From the IMG/VR virus record IMGVR_UViG_3300042891_002054: a stretch of 64,000 bases of DNA. One strand, 5' to 3'. This document shows positions 1 to 8,175 of this stretch, piece after piece (position 1 is the stretch's first letter; every line of letters starts with the position of its first letter). Source of the stretch: a virus. Taxonomy: Duplodnaviria > Heunggongvirae > Uroviricota > Caudoviricetes. A program made the translations under genes and the position numbers. The notes beneath the pieces are model-generated. The model was not told where the DNA came from. It searched no databases and worked only from the letters and a program-made list of their open reading frames with translations.

Positions 1-1650
1 GTTGCTGAAGTAAAAGAATTTTTTGCTAATGGGTTAGTATCTCACAATTCAACATTTATTGATGCTATAACTTTTGCTCTCTATGGAAAACCTTTTAGAA
101 AAATAAATAAAGGTCAGCTGATCAATTCTATTAATAAATCTGAACTTGTTACCGAGATAGAATTTTCTATTGGACCAAACAAATATAAAATTATTAGAGG
201 AATTAAACCTAATATTTTTGAAGTTTATTGTAATAATGTTCTTGTAAAACAAGATGCAAAAGTAAAAGATTATCAAGAGCAATTAGAAAGATATATATTA
301 AAAATGAACTATAAATCGTTTACTCAAGTTGTGATTTTAGGTTCTGCTAGATACACCCCTTTTATGCAATTATCTGCCAGTGATAGACGTTCTGTTATTG
401 AAGATTTGTTAGATATTCAAATTTTTTCTAATATGAATTCTATCGTAAAAGATAAACTATCTGGAATAAAAGATTCAGTTCAAGATTGTAAATATAAAAT
501 TGAGCTGTTTAAAGATAAAATTGAACTACAGAAACAAAATATAAAACAAAATAAAAAAGCTTCTGATGAGTTGGTTTTGCGTAAAAGGGAAATTATTTCC
601 AATACAGCTATTGAAGTTGAGGATTTACAACAATCCATACAAAAACTATTAGAAGAAAATGAATCTTTATCGGAACAAATCACTGATTTAAGTTCATTAG
701 AAAAAAAACAAAAAAAGTTAGCGGATATTGGTGTTAAGTTAAAAAGTAATATTTCTAAAATCGAAAAAGAAAATGAATTTTATCATGATAATGATAATTG
801 CCCGACTTGTAAACAAACAATAAACCATATTTTTAAAACTCAAATTGTTTCTAGTAACACAGAAAAAATGAAAGAATTAAAATGTGGTGAACAAAAATTA
901 ATTGAAGACTATAGAACTGTGCAAAAAAGATTAACTGAAATTAAAGAAGTTAATGAGAAAATATTGAATAATAATTCTATTATTCTGGATAAAAATTCAA
1001 ATATTAAATCTGCTCAAAAATATATAAAATTAGTTTCTGCTGAAATTGATACCATAAAAGATTCGACTGATGCTAAAGAAACTGGACATGATACCCTCCA
1101 AGAATTAATTGAAAGCTTAGATGTTTACGTTGAACAATATGAAGAATATATAAATGAAAAGAGTTATTACGATTTTATTTCTATAATGTTAAAAGATGGT
1201 GGTATTAAAACTCGTATCATTAAACAATATCTTCCGATCTTAAATAAGTACATAAATCAATATTTAACTCAATTAGATTTTTTTGTTAATTTTAATATTA
1301 ATGAAAATTTTGAAGAGGTAATTAAATCAAGACATCGGGATGAATTTACTTATGCCAATTTTTCTGAAGGTGAAAAAACTAGATTAGATTTAGCTATTTT
1401 ATTTTCATTTAGGCAATTAGCTAGATTAAAAAATTCAGTAAATACAAATTTGTTAATTCTTGATGAGATTATGGATGGATCTCTTGATACAGGTGGTACT
1501 GATGTTTTTATGAATCTTTTATCAACAGTAGATAAACACACTAATATTTTTGTTATTAGCCATAAATCTGATCAAGTATCAGATAAATTTGATTCAATAT
1601 TAAAATTTGAAAAAGTTAAAAATTTCTCTAAAATGAAGGTAATACAATGA
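1..1650 (+). CDS. 46: Recombination endonuclease ATPase subunit gp46 (SbcC/Rad50-like), 5'-partial
   Basis: Frame 1 is open from nt 1 into the listed ORF 304..1650 with no stop, so the gene starts upstream of the window. The upstream translation '...STFIDAITFALYGKPFRK...' matches the gp46/SbcC N-terminal ABC region. The middle is a long coiled coil and the C-terminus carries 'NLLILDEIMDGSLD' (Walker B/D-loop). Synteny with gene 45 downstream supports the call. Confidence 0.85.
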   Translation, partial: VAEVKEFFANGLVSHNSTFIDAITFALYGKPFRKINKGQLINSINKSELVTEIEFSIGPNKYKIIRGIKPNIFEVYCNNVLVKQDAKVKDYQEQLERYILKMNYKSFTQVVILGSARYTPFMQLSASDRRSVIEDLLDIQIFSNMNSIVKDKLSGIKDSVQDCKYKIELFKDKIELQKQNIKQNKKASDELVLRKREIISNTAIEVEDLQQSIQKLLEENESLSEQITDLSSLEKKQKKLADIGVKLKSNISKIEKENEFYHDNDNCPTCKQTINHIFKTQIVSSNTEKMKELKCGEQKLIEDYRTVQKRLTEIKEVNEKILNNNSIILDKNSNIKSAQKYIKLVSAEIDTIKDSTDAKETGHDTLQELIESLDVYVEQYEEYINEKSYYDFISIMLKDGGIKTRIIKQYLPILNKYINQYLTQLDFFVNFNINENFEEVIKSRHRDEFTYANFSEGEKTRLDLAILFSFRQLARLKNSVNTNLLILDEIMDGSLDTGGTDVFMNLLSTVDKHTNIFVISHKSDQVSDKFDSILKFEKVKNFSKMKVIQ

Positions 1651-2249
1651 ATAATAAATTTATATATGATACAACCAGTTCTCTATCAACTGTAGGTGCT
1701 TCACCACCTGAACCTCAATTTAAACCTTATTCTTTAGTTGATCAAAATTCTTCAATTTTATCGGCCAAATTAAAAGATTTTGATTTCGGTGACCCGACTT
1801 TAGATTCTATTGATATTGCATCAAGATTAGTTGAGACTGCAAAATATCATAGAGTTTATGGTATTGCTGCGAATCAATGTGGGTTACAATATAGAGTTTT
1901 TGTTGCTGGTTCTGATGATAATTTTGTGGCATTTTATAATCCTGTTATAATCAGTTCTGATGGTGAGGTACTAATGCAAGAAAGCGATCTTAGTAATATG
2001 GGATTATTACTTCATGTAAAACGACCAAAATCAATTGTATTGCAATATCAAGATTATAATGGAGAAACTAAATTACTTCAATTTGAAGGATTAACTGCCA
2101 GAATTATCCAACAAAATATTGATAGATTAAATGGTATTGATTTTAAGAGTAAAGTCTCGCAATTAAATTTAGAAAGAGCTAGAAAAGCGTTGAATAAAAA
2201 AATTAAAAAATTTGTTAGAACTAATACAATGATTAGGGAAACTGAATAA
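1647..2249 (+). CDS. Peptide deformylase-fold protein with degenerate active site
   Basis: Aligns along its length to bacterial PDF. Motif I 'GIAANQCG' is intact. Motif II EGCLS is replaced by 'ESDLS' and motif III QHExDH by 'QQNIDR', so the Cys, both His and the catalytic Glu are all substituted. Confidence 0.6.
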   Translation: MNNKFIYDTTSSLSTVGASPPEPQFKPYSLVDQNSSILSAKLKDFDFGDPTLDSIDIASRLVETAKYHRVYGIAANQCGLQYRVFVAGSDDNFVAFYNPVIISSDGEVLMQESDLSNMGLLLHVKRPKSIVLQYQDYNGETKLLQFEGLTARIIQQNIDRLNGIDFKSKVSQLNLERARKALNKKIKKFVRTNTMIRETE

Positions 2250-3208
2250 TGACAATATTTGTTACTGGTGGTAATGGGTTTATTGGTTCTAATTTCATAA
2301 CTGAATGGTGTGAACTTATGGATGAAGATATTGTTAATATAGATAGTTTAACTTATTCAAGTTCAGATTATATTGACACCATTAAGTCTACTCAGTTAAA
2401 AAATCATGTTGTTAATATTAATGATTATGATTCTATTTTATATCTGTTAGCTGCATATAAACCAAGAGCAATAATTCATTTTGCTGCTGAATCGCATGTA
2501 GATAATTCTATTAAAGATCCTCAAATATTTTTTAAAACAAATATTCTCGGTACAGCAAATTTATTAGAATGTGTAAAAAAATTTGATAAATCTATTAAAT
2601 TTGTTCATGTATCAACTGATGAGGTTTTTGGTTCTTTAGGTGAATATGATAACCCTTCAACTGAAGAATCACCATATAGACCAAATAGTCCATATTCTGC
2701 TAGTAAAGCTGCTAGTGATCATATTGTTAGAGCATATCATAAAACATACGGTTTACAAACTATTACAACAAATTGTTCCAATAATTATGGTAAATTTCAA
2801 CACCAAGAAAAATTTATTCCCACTGTAATTAGATCGTGTTTACAGGGAAAAAATATACCTATATATGGTAACGGTAGACAAATTAGGGATTGGTTATTTG
2901 TTTCCGATCATTGTTCAGCATTAAGATTAATTTTAGAACATGGTGTTGTCGGAGAAACTTATAATATTGGCGGTGATAATCAAATTACAAATTTAGAAGT
3001 TGTAAATATGATTTGTAGTTACCTAGATAAAGTTGCTCCTAAAAATAAATTTTATTCTAAATTAATTTCATTTGTTGCTGATAGACCTGGTCATGATATT
3101 AGATATGATATTAATTCAGGTAAACTACAAAAATTAGGTTGGAAACAAACTGTTAAATTTGAAGATGGATTAAAACAAACAATAGATTGGTATTTACAAA
3201 ATGAATAG
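2249..3208 (+). CDS. rmlB: dTDP-glucose 4,6-dehydratase (RmlB-like SDR)
   Basis: N-terminal 'IFVTGGNGFIGSNF' Rossmann fold, 'STDEVFG' and catalytic 'YSASKAASDHIV' (YxxxK). Operonic with rmlA and rmlC. Confidence 0.85.
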   Translation: MTIFVTGGNGFIGSNFITEWCELMDEDIVNIDSLTYSSSDYIDTIKSTQLKNHVVNINDYDSILYLLAAYKPRAIIHFAAESHVDNSIKDPQIFFKTNILGTANLLECVKKFDKSIKFVHVSTDEVFGSLGEYDNPSTEESPYRPNSPYSASKAASDHIVRAYHKTYGLQTITTNCSNNYGKFQHQEKFIPTVIRSCLQGKNIPIYGNGRQIRDWLFVSDHCSALRLILEHGVVGETYNIGGDNQITNLEVVNMICSYLDKVAPKNKFYSKLISFVADRPGHDIRYDINSGKLQKLGWKQTVKFEDGLKQTIDWYLQNE

Positions 3209-3986
3209 AAAAGGTATCGTATTAGCTGGTGGAGCTGGCACAAGGTTAAAACCTTTAACTGATATAGTGTGTAAACAATTATTGCCTATATATGATAAAC
3301 CAATGATTTATTATCCAATAAGTGTATTAATGCTTGCTGGTATAAAAGAAATTGCGATTATCTCTACTCCAAAAGACCTTCCTGTTATGGAAAATTTATT
3401 AGGTGATGGTAGTCAATTTGGAGTTTCGTTTACATATTTGGTTCAAGAAAAACCTACTGGTATTGCTGAGGCATTTATTATCGCTAAAGAATTTATTGAT
3501 AATTCTCCTGTTGCTTTAATTCTAGGTGATAATATCTTTTTTGGGCATGGTTTACCTGAATTGTTGCGAAAAATTAATATAAGCGTGGAAAATACTATTT
3601 TTGCGTATCATGTTAATGATCCCGAAAGATTTGGTGTTGTTGAAATAAAAAAAGGTAAAGCAGTTTCTATCGAAGAAAAACCTAAAAAACCTAAAACGAA
3701 TTATGCTATTCCTGGATTATATTTTTATTCAAATAATGTTGTTCGTGATGTTAAAACTTTATCTCCGTCCAGTAGAGGTGAATTAGAAATAACAGATTTA
3801 AATAAATTATATTTAAATAAACAAGATTTGAATGTTGAAATATTGGGAAGAGGAGTTGCTTGGTTAGATACTGGAACTTTCGATTCATTATTAGAAGCTA
3901 GTCAGTTTATATCAACAATACAAAATAGACAAGGTTTAAAAATTTCAAATTTAACTGAAATTGCTGCACATTATAATTGGATCTAA
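3201..3986 (+). CDS. rmlA: Glucose-1-phosphate thymidylyltransferase
   Basis: 'KGIVLAGGAGTRLKPLT' N-terminal signature, 'PMIYYPI' and 'ILGDNIF' motifs of RmlA. Start overlaps the rmlB stop. Confidence 0.9.
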   Translation: MNRKGIVLAGGAGTRLKPLTDIVCKQLLPIYDKPMIYYPISVLMLAGIKEIAIISTPKDLPVMENLLGDGSQFGVSFTYLVQEKPTGIAEAFIIAKEFIDNSPVALILGDNIFFGHGLPELLRKINISVENTIFAYHVNDPERFGVVEIKKGKAVSIEEKPKKPKTNYAIPGLYFYSNNVVRDVKTLSPSSRGELEITDLNKLYLNKQDLNVEILGRGVAWLDTGTFDSLLEASQFISTIQNRQGLKISNLTEIAAHYNWI

Positions 3987-3987
3987 T

Positions 3988-4530
3988 ATGAATTTTACTA
4001 AATTATCTCTTGATGGATTATTATTATTAATAGAACCAACAATATATAATGATGATCGTGGATTATTTTTCGAGAGTTTTAATCAAACTGTTTTTGAACA
4101 AGCTGTAGGTTATCCTGTAAATTTTGTTCAAGATAACCACTCAAAATCTATAAAAAATGTGTTTAGGGGATTACACTATCAATTACCTCCTAAAGCGCAA
4201 GGAAAATTAGTTAGAGTAATTTCTGGGGAAGTTATTGATTTTGCTGTTGATATTAGAAAAACTTCTGAGACATTCGGTCAATATATTTCCGTTGTGTTAT
4301 CAGCAGAAAATGCTCGACAATTATGGATACCGCAGGGTTTTGCTCACGGATTTTTAACAATTTCTGATTATGCTGAATTTGTGTATAAGGTAACGGATTA
4401 TTATGACCCTGTGTGCGATAGATCTATAACATATATGGATCCGGATATAAATTTATGTATTCATGATAATGTAATTGTATCTCAAAAAGATTTAGTAGGA
4501 AAATTGTTAAAACATGCAGAATATTTTTAA
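3988..4530 (+). CDS. rmlC: dTDP-4-dehydrorhamnose 3,5-epimerase (RmlC cupin)
   Basis: 'RGLHYQLPPKAQGKLVRV' RmlC signature and cupin fold. The listed ORF begins at 3961 but the ATG at 3988 directly follows the rmlA stop, so the later start is preferred. Confidence 0.8.
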   Translation: MNFTKLSLDGLLLLIEPTIYNDDRGLFFESFNQTVFEQAVGYPVNFVQDNHSKSIKNVFRGLHYQLPPKAQGKLVRVISGEVIDFAVDIRKTSETFGQYISVVLSAENARQLWIPQGFAHGFLTISDYAEFVYKVTDYYDPVCDRSITYMDPDINLCIHDNVIVSQKDLVGKLLKHAEYF

Positions 4531-4567
4531 CTATATAGAATTATAACATTTATTATTAAGGTAGATT

Positions 4568-5362
4568 ATGGAAATTAATTTAGAAAAAGACAGATTTATT
4601 GGTAAAAAACTTTTTATTGGTACTCCAATGTATGGCGGGAGCTGTTTGGGTACATATATGAAATCTTGTTTAGACCTTCAATCTGCATGTATGCAATATG
4701 GTATTGAAGTTAGATTTTCATTTTTATTTAATGAAAGTCTAATCCAACGAGCTAGAAATTATATTGTAGATGAATTTTTGCGTTCCGATTGTTCACATTT
4801 AATGTTTATTGATGCTGATATTGGTTTTAATCCAATGGATATTATTGCTATGTTAGCTTTAGATAAAGATATTATAGGAGCTCCATACCCTAAGAAAACT
4901 ATTAAATGGGAAAATATAAAGAAAGCGATAGTTAAAAATCCGGAAATATCTGCTGGTGAACTAGAAAGATTGGGTGGTGACATTGTTTTTAACCCAGTTG
5001 CAGGAACAACCCATTTTAATGTAACAGAACCTCTTCAAGTTCTTGAAATTGGTACTGGTATGATGATGACAAATAGATCAGTATTTGCTAAATTCAAAGA
5101 AGCCTACCCGCAATATGAGTATACACCTGATCACGTTGGTACTGCGCATTTTGGTGGCGATAGAAAAATTCATTCATATTTCAACGTTGAAATTGATGAA
5201 GCATCTAATCGCGTTCTTAGCGAAGATTACCATTTTTGTCAACAGTGTAGAAAAATTGGAGTTGAAGTTTGGATGGCTCCGTGGATCAATTGTGTACACG
5301 TTGGGACCTATCATTTCCAAGGAAATCTTCCTGCTGTAGCAAATTATCTTGGTGAATTGTAA
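4568..5362 (+). CDS. Putative GT-A fold glycosyltransferase (DxD 'FIDADIGF')
   Basis: Nucleotide-sugar transferase-like N-terminal half with a DxD motif. Sits immediately downstream of rmlBAC. Confidence 0.45.
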   Translation: MEINLEKDRFIGKKLFIGTPMYGGSCLGTYMKSCLDLQSACMQYGIEVRFSFLFNESLIQRARNYIVDEFLRSDCSHLMFIDADIGFNPMDIIAMLALDKDIIGAPYPKKTIKWENIKKAIVKNPEISAGELERLGGDIVFNPVAGTTHFNVTEPLQVLEIGTGMMMTNRSVFAKFKEAYPQYEYTPDHVGTAHFGGDRKIHSYFNVEIDEASNRVLSEDYHFCQQCRKIGVEVWMAPWINCVHVGTYHFQGNLPAVANYLGEL

Positions 5363-5370
5363 AAAAGTGC

Positions 5371-5399
5371 TTGACTAAACAGAGATCTTAGTATAGAAT
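5371..5399 (+). promoter_or_regulatory. Sigma70-like early promoter (TTGACT-N17-TAGAAT) with conserved upstream 'aaaaagtgc'
   Basis: TTGACT at 5371-5376, 17-nt spacer, TAGAAT at 5394-5399. The same 'aaaagtgcTTGAC' upstream element recurs at 5451 and 50631. Confidence 0.55.
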
Positions 5400-5459
5400 A
5401 CGTCTATACTTTGATCTTTTTTAAAAAATAGTAAAAATTTACTAAATAGAAAAAAGTGC

Positions 5460-5488
5460 TTGACTAAATAGTAATTCTATAGTACAAT
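5460..5488 (+). promoter_or_regulatory. Sigma70-like early promoter (TTGACT-N17-TACAAT) upstream of tRNA array
   Basis: TTGACT 5460-5465, 17-nt spacer ending in 'ctatag', TACAAT 5483-5488. About 20 nt upstream of tRNA-Tyr. Confidence 0.6.
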
Positions 5489-5508
5489 AGATATATAGTT
5501 TGAATTAA

Positions 5509-5594
5509 GGGTAAGCGGTGAAGTTGGAGAGTCACACGGGACTGTAAATCCCGCGCCACTGGCTGAGTAGGTTCAAATCCTACCTTACCCACCA
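5509..5594 (+). tRNA. tRNA-Tyr (anticodon GTA), type II, CCA encoded
   Basis: Manual cloverleaf. Acceptor gggtaag/cttaccc, D-stem gtga/tcac, anticodon stem cggga/tcccg with loop ctGTAaa, long variable arm, T-loop ttcaaat, discriminator A plus CCA. Confidence 0.8.
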
Positions 5595-5609
5595 AATTTT
5601 ATTAGTAAT

Positions 5610-5686
5610 GCGGGTGTGGCCCAATAGGCAGAGGCAATAGACTTAAAATCTATCAAGTGACAGTTCGAGTCTGTCCACCCGTACCA
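5610..5686 (+). tRNA. tRNA-Leu (anticodon TAA), CCA encoded
   Basis: Acceptor gcgggtg/cacccgt (G1-U72), anticodon stem ataga/tctat with loop ctTAAaa, extended variable arm, A73 plus CCA. Confidence 0.7.
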
Positions 5687-5700
5687 AATTAGAGAATATT

Positions 5701-6129
5701 ATGAGTTTATTGAGTATAATTAGAACTGATTTAGATGCGGCTAGACGTAATAAAGATGCTAGGTTGTTGACTTTATTGACAACTCTTTATTCTGAAGCAG
5801 CTATGGTGGGTAAAACTAAACGTAATGGTGAATCCACCAACGAAGAAGTTCTTGCTGTAACCAGAAAATTTAAAGTTGGTGTTGAAGAAATTATTAAAAT
5901 TAAAGGTTCTAACGAATTTTTAGATTTCGAAATTTCACTTTATAATAAATACTTGCCTGAACTGTTAACTGATATCCAATTAACAGAAATTATTACTGCT
6001 TTAATTTCTGAATTACCTGAAAAATCCCCTAAATCAATGGGAGTAATTATGGGTAAATTAAAATCGGAATATTTAGGTAGATATGATGGTACAATTGCTA
6101 GTAAATTAGTTAAAGACTTATTAGCATAA
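5701..6129 (+). CDS. GatB/YqeY-domain protein
   Basis: Full-length match to the YqeY/GatB C-terminal domain: 'KYLPELLTD' and 'MGVIMGKLKSEYLGRYDGTIASKLVKDLL' fit the family consensus (eYLPkqls ... mGkvMg.lk..v.GradgklvsklVkekL). The gene is embedded between tRNA genes. Confidence 0.8.
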   Translation: MSLLSIIRTDLDAARRNKDARLLTLLTTLYSEAAMVGKTKRNGESTNEEVLAVTRKFKVGVEEIIKIKGSNEFLDFEISLYNKYLPELLTDIQLTEIITALISELPEKSPKSMGVIMGKLKSEYLGRYDGTIASKLVKDLLA

Positions 6130-6136
6130 AGATTTT

Positions 6137-6212
6137 GCCGTTATAGCACAATTGGTAGTGCACCTGATTTGTAATCAGGGGGTTGGGGGTTCGAGTCCCT
6201 CTGGCGGCACCA
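6137..6212 (+). tRNA. tRNA-Thr (anticodon TGT), CCA encoded
   Basis: Acceptor gccgtta/tggcggc (two G-U pairs), anticodon stem cctga/tcagg with loop ttTGTaa, T-arm ggggg/ttcgagt/ccctc, A73 plus CCA. Confidence 0.7.
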
Positions 6213-6220
6213 AAATTATT

Positions 6221-6299
6221 CGGAATTTAACTCAGTTTGGCCAGAGTGCACCGTTTGGGGCGGTGAAGTCGCAGGTTCGAATCCTGCAATTCCGACCAA
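6221..6299 (+). tRNA. tRNA-Pro (anticodon TGG), CCA encoded
   Basis: Acceptor cggaatt/aattccg, anticodon stem caccg/cggtg with loop ttTGGgg, T-loop ttcgaat, A73 plus CCA. Confidence 0.8.
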
Positions 6300-6391
6300 T
6301 TTAATAGTACAATATAAACAGTGAAAGTTGTACACCACCTGTTAGGTTTCTACCAAAGTGTAGATATATACAAGAGTTCTGATTAATTATT

Positions 6392-6465
6392 GCGGGATAG
6401 TTCAGTAGTAGAATGCTAGGCTCATAACCTAGAGGTCGTTGGTGCAATTCCAACTCTCCGCTTCC
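6392..6465 (+). tRNA. tRNA with CAT anticodon (Met or lysidine-Ile), non-canonical acceptor/D pairing
   Basis: Anticodon stem ctagg/cctag with loop ctCATaa and T-arm gttgg/tgcaatt/ccaac are clear. The acceptor gcgggat vs tctccgc has two mismatches at its base, so the boundaries are approximate and it may be a degenerate copy. Confidence 0.5.
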
Positions 6466-6483
6466 AATTTTAGGTATTTTATT

Positions 6484-6669
6484 ATGAATAGAACTTTAAT
6501 TGATGAAATTCGATTTGTTGATACTGAAATAAAAGAATTAGATGCTAAAATTAACTTTTTAAAAATGTATGATAAAGGTTCATTTAAGCAAATGATCTCT
6601 GATAGAGAATTTTCTAAAAGTGTTCGTTTGAAAAAACGAAATATTTTGGTTAAATTGGTGATATTATGA
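6484..6669 (+). CDS. Hypothetical small protein
   Basis: The listed ORF 6439..6669 overlaps the tRNA 3' end. The internal ATG at 6484 ('MNRTLIDEIRF...') avoids that overlap. Confidence 0.3.
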   Translation: MNRTLIDEIRFVDTEIKELDAKINFLKMYDKGSFKQMISDREFSKSVRLKKRNILVKLVIL

Positions 6670-7295
6670 TTATTGGTTTATTGGGTTTTATCGGTTCTGG
6701 TAAAGGAACTGTAGGTGAAATTTTAGCACATACAGAACATAAATTTGTTCCATTATCTTTTGCTGGTAGTTTAAAAGATAGCGTTTCTGCTATTTTCGGT
6801 TGGGAAAGAGCTTTACTTGAAGGTGATACCCTAGAATCTAGGGAATTTCGTGAAACACTTGATCCGTTTTGGTCAAAGAAATTTAATAGAGATATTACAC
6901 CAAGATATATTTTACAAATTTTTGGAACTGAAGTTTGTAGAAATAACCTTATAGATACTATATGGGTTGATAGTTTAGAACGTAAAATTCTACAATACGA
7001 AAATGTTGTTATTACTGATGTTAGATTTAATAATGAAATAAGATTTCTTAAATCTCTAAACTCATTATTGGTTCAGGTTGATAGAACAGAAACTCAACCT
7101 GATTGGTGGAAATGGCATGAAAGTTGTATGAAAACAATTCCTGCACAGTGGGAAAAATATGCTCTAGAACATAAGATACATAAATCTGAGTATGAGTGGA
7201 TAGGTAATCCTCATATTGATCATGTTGTTGAGAATAATGGATCATTTCGTGATCTTGAATTGAAAATTTTAGATATTGTAGTAAATAATGCTTGA
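6666..7295 (+). CDS. Deoxynucleoside monophosphate kinase-like P-loop kinase (T4 gp1-like)
   Basis: N-terminal P-loop 'GLLGFIGSGKGT' and the 'ITDVRFNNE' motif characteristic of phage dNMP kinase family. Confidence 0.55.
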   Translation: MIIGLLGFIGSGKGTVGEILAHTEHKFVPLSFAGSLKDSVSAIFGWERALLEGDTLESREFRETLDPFWSKKFNRDITPRYILQIFGTEVCRNNLIDTIWVDSLERKILQYENVVITDVRFNNEIRFLKSLNSLLVQVDRTETQPDWWKWHESCMKTIPAQWEKYALEHKIHKSEYEWIGNPHIDHVVENNGSFRDLELKILDIVVNNA

Positions 7296-7320
7296 CTTAC
7301 AACAGAGTCTATAGTATAAT
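7292..7320 (+). promoter_or_regulatory. Sigma70-like early promoter (TTGACT-N17-TATAAT)
   Basis: TTGACT 7292-7297, 17-nt spacer ending 'ctatag', TATAAT 7315-7320. Lies 12 nt upstream of the second tRNA block. Confidence 0.65.
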
Positions 7321-7331
7321 AAATGAATAAA

Positions 7332-7409
7332 TCCCAGTTAGCAATCATGGTGAATGCGCTCGACTGTTAATCGAGAATGAGGTTGGATCGTTACCAACAC
7401 TGGGAGCCA
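7332..7409 (+). tRNA. tRNA-Asn (anticodon GTT), CCA encoded
   Basis: Acceptor tcccagt/actggga, anticodon stem ctcga/tcgag with loop ctGTTaa, T-stem gttgg/ccaac with an atypical T-loop 'atcgtta'. Confidence 0.55.
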
Positions 7410-7414
7410 ATTTT

Positions 7415-7489
7415 ATTCCCTTGGAGAAGTGGTTATCTCATCTCCCTTTCACGGAGACGTCACGGGTTCGAATCCCGTAGGGAATACCA
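7415..7489 (+). tRNA. tRNA-Glu (anticodon TTC), CCA encoded
   Basis: Acceptor attccct/agggaat, anticodon stem tctcc/ggaga with loop ctTTCac, T-arm acggg/ttcgaat/cccgt, A73 plus CCA. Confidence 0.65.
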
Positions 7490-7604
7490 AAATGCATAGT
7501 ATCGCTTTATGCTATGGTGGGTAAGTGCCTCTCGACTCTGATAAGATGCCTCTCAGACCACAACTAGAGTTGTTATTGCAATGACAACATAAGCAAAAAT
7601 TATT
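7490..7604 (+). ncRNA. Structured non-tRNA spacer RNA inside the tRNA array (two hairpins)
   Basis: About 115 nt between tRNA-Glu and the next tRNA that cannot be folded as a cloverleaf. It contains the hairpins gcatag...ctatgc and gttgt(t)...gacaac. Positionally it resembles the small stable RNAs (rnaC/rnaD) co-transcribed with T4 tRNAs. Confidence 0.3.
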
Positions 7605-7681
7605 GCCCATGTATCCCAATCGGTAGAGGAGTTGGTCTTAGAAACCAATTGTTGTAAGTTCGAATCTTACCATGGGTACCA
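7605..7681 (+). tRNA. Type I (short variable arm) tRNA with anticodon TAG (would decode CUA)
   Basis: Acceptor gcccatg/catgggt (G1-U72), D-stem tccc/agga, anticodon stem ttggt/accaa with loop ctTAGaa, 5-nt variable region, T-arm gtaag/ttcgaat/cttac, A73 plus CCA. Confidence 0.55.
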
Positions 7682-7691
7682 AATTGATGTA

Positions 7692-7766
7692 GCCCTTATC
7701 GTTTAATGGATAGGACATGGGATTTCTACTCCCAGAATGGAGGTTCGATTCCTTCTAAGGGTGCCA
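7692..7766 (+). tRNA. tRNA-Arg (anticodon TCT), CCA encoded
   Basis: Acceptor gccctta/taagggt, anticodon stem tggga/tccca with loop ttTCTac, T-loop ttcgatt, G73 plus CCA. Confidence 0.7.
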
Positions 7767-7782
7767 AATAGACCTATTTGGT

Positions 7783-7858
7783 GTGGTCGTGACGGAATGG
7801 TAGACGTCCCTGATTGTGATTCAGGATTTTGTGGGTTCAAGTCCCACCGATCACCCCA
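7783..7858 (+). tRNA. tRNA-His (anticodon GTG), discriminator C, CCA encoded
   Basis: Acceptor gtggtcg/cgatcac (one G-U), anticodon stem cctga/tcagg with loop ttGTGat, T-arm gtggg/ttcaagt/cccac, C73 plus CCA. The nucleotide at -1 is T rather than the usual G-1. Confidence 0.6.
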
Positions 7859-7878
7859 AATAGGTCTATAAAGAATTA

Positions 7879-7970
7879 GGAAGTGTGGCAGAGCATGGCT
7901 TATTGCACTGGTCTTGAAAACCAGCGACTCAGAGATGGGTCCGTGAGTTCGAATCTCACCGCTTCCGCCA
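7879..7970 (+). tRNA. tRNA-Ser (anticodon TGA), type II, CCA encoded
   Basis: Acceptor ggaagtg/cgcttcc, anticodon stem ctggt/accag with loop ctTGAaa, long variable arm, T-arm gtgag/ttcgaat/ctcac, G73 plus CCA. Confidence 0.8.
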
Positions 7971-7977
7971 AATTAAT

Positions 7978-8051
7978 TGGGTTATAGTGTAATGGTAACA
8001 CAACAGATTTTGATTCTGTCGTTCGTGGTTCGAGCCCACGTAACCCTGCCA
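7978..8051 (+). tRNA. tRNA-Gln (anticodon TTG), G73, CCA encoded
   Basis: Anticodon stem acaga/tctgt with loop ttTTGat, T-arm cgtgg/ttcgagc/ccacg. The acceptor register is ambiguous (either a U1:U72 mismatch or a shifted stem), so the ends are +/-2 nt. Confidence 0.55.
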
Positions 8052-8059
8052 GACATTTT

Positions 8060-8147
8060 GGAGAGTTGCCAGAACGGTTAATGGAGCGGTTTGCTAAACC
8101 GTCATCGAGAAATCGATGTATTGGTTCGAGTCCAATACTCTCCGCCA
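8060..8147 (+). tRNA. tRNA-Ser (anticodon GCT), type II, CCA encoded
   Basis: Acceptor ggagagt/actctcc, anticodon stem gcggt/accgt with loop ttGCTaa, long variable arm, T-arm ttgg/ttcgagt/ccaa, G73 plus CCA. Confidence 0.75.
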
Positions 8148-8175
8148 AGATTTAAATATATTTCTAATTGTTATT

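Noticed and set aside
1647-2249. Gene after 46 considered as gp47 (Mre11/SbcD-like nuclease)
   Set aside because: No phosphoesterase motifs (DxH, GDxxD, GNHE) are present. The sequence instead aligns to the peptide deformylase fold, so gene 47 is not in this window (presumably upstream of gene 46).
6392-6465. CAT-anticodon tRNA considered as a pseudogene
   Set aside because: Not fully rejected. The anticodon and T arms are intact but the acceptor base has two mismatches, so it is kept as a low-confidence tRNA rather than discarded.
6666-7295. P-loop kinase considered as a 5-hydroxymethyl-dU DNA kinase of thymidine-hypermodification pathways
   Set aside because: The 'ITDVRFNNE' motif fits phage dNMP kinases. 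No hydroxymethylase or aGPT-pyrophosphorylase could be recognised, so the conservative dNMP-kinase call is kept.
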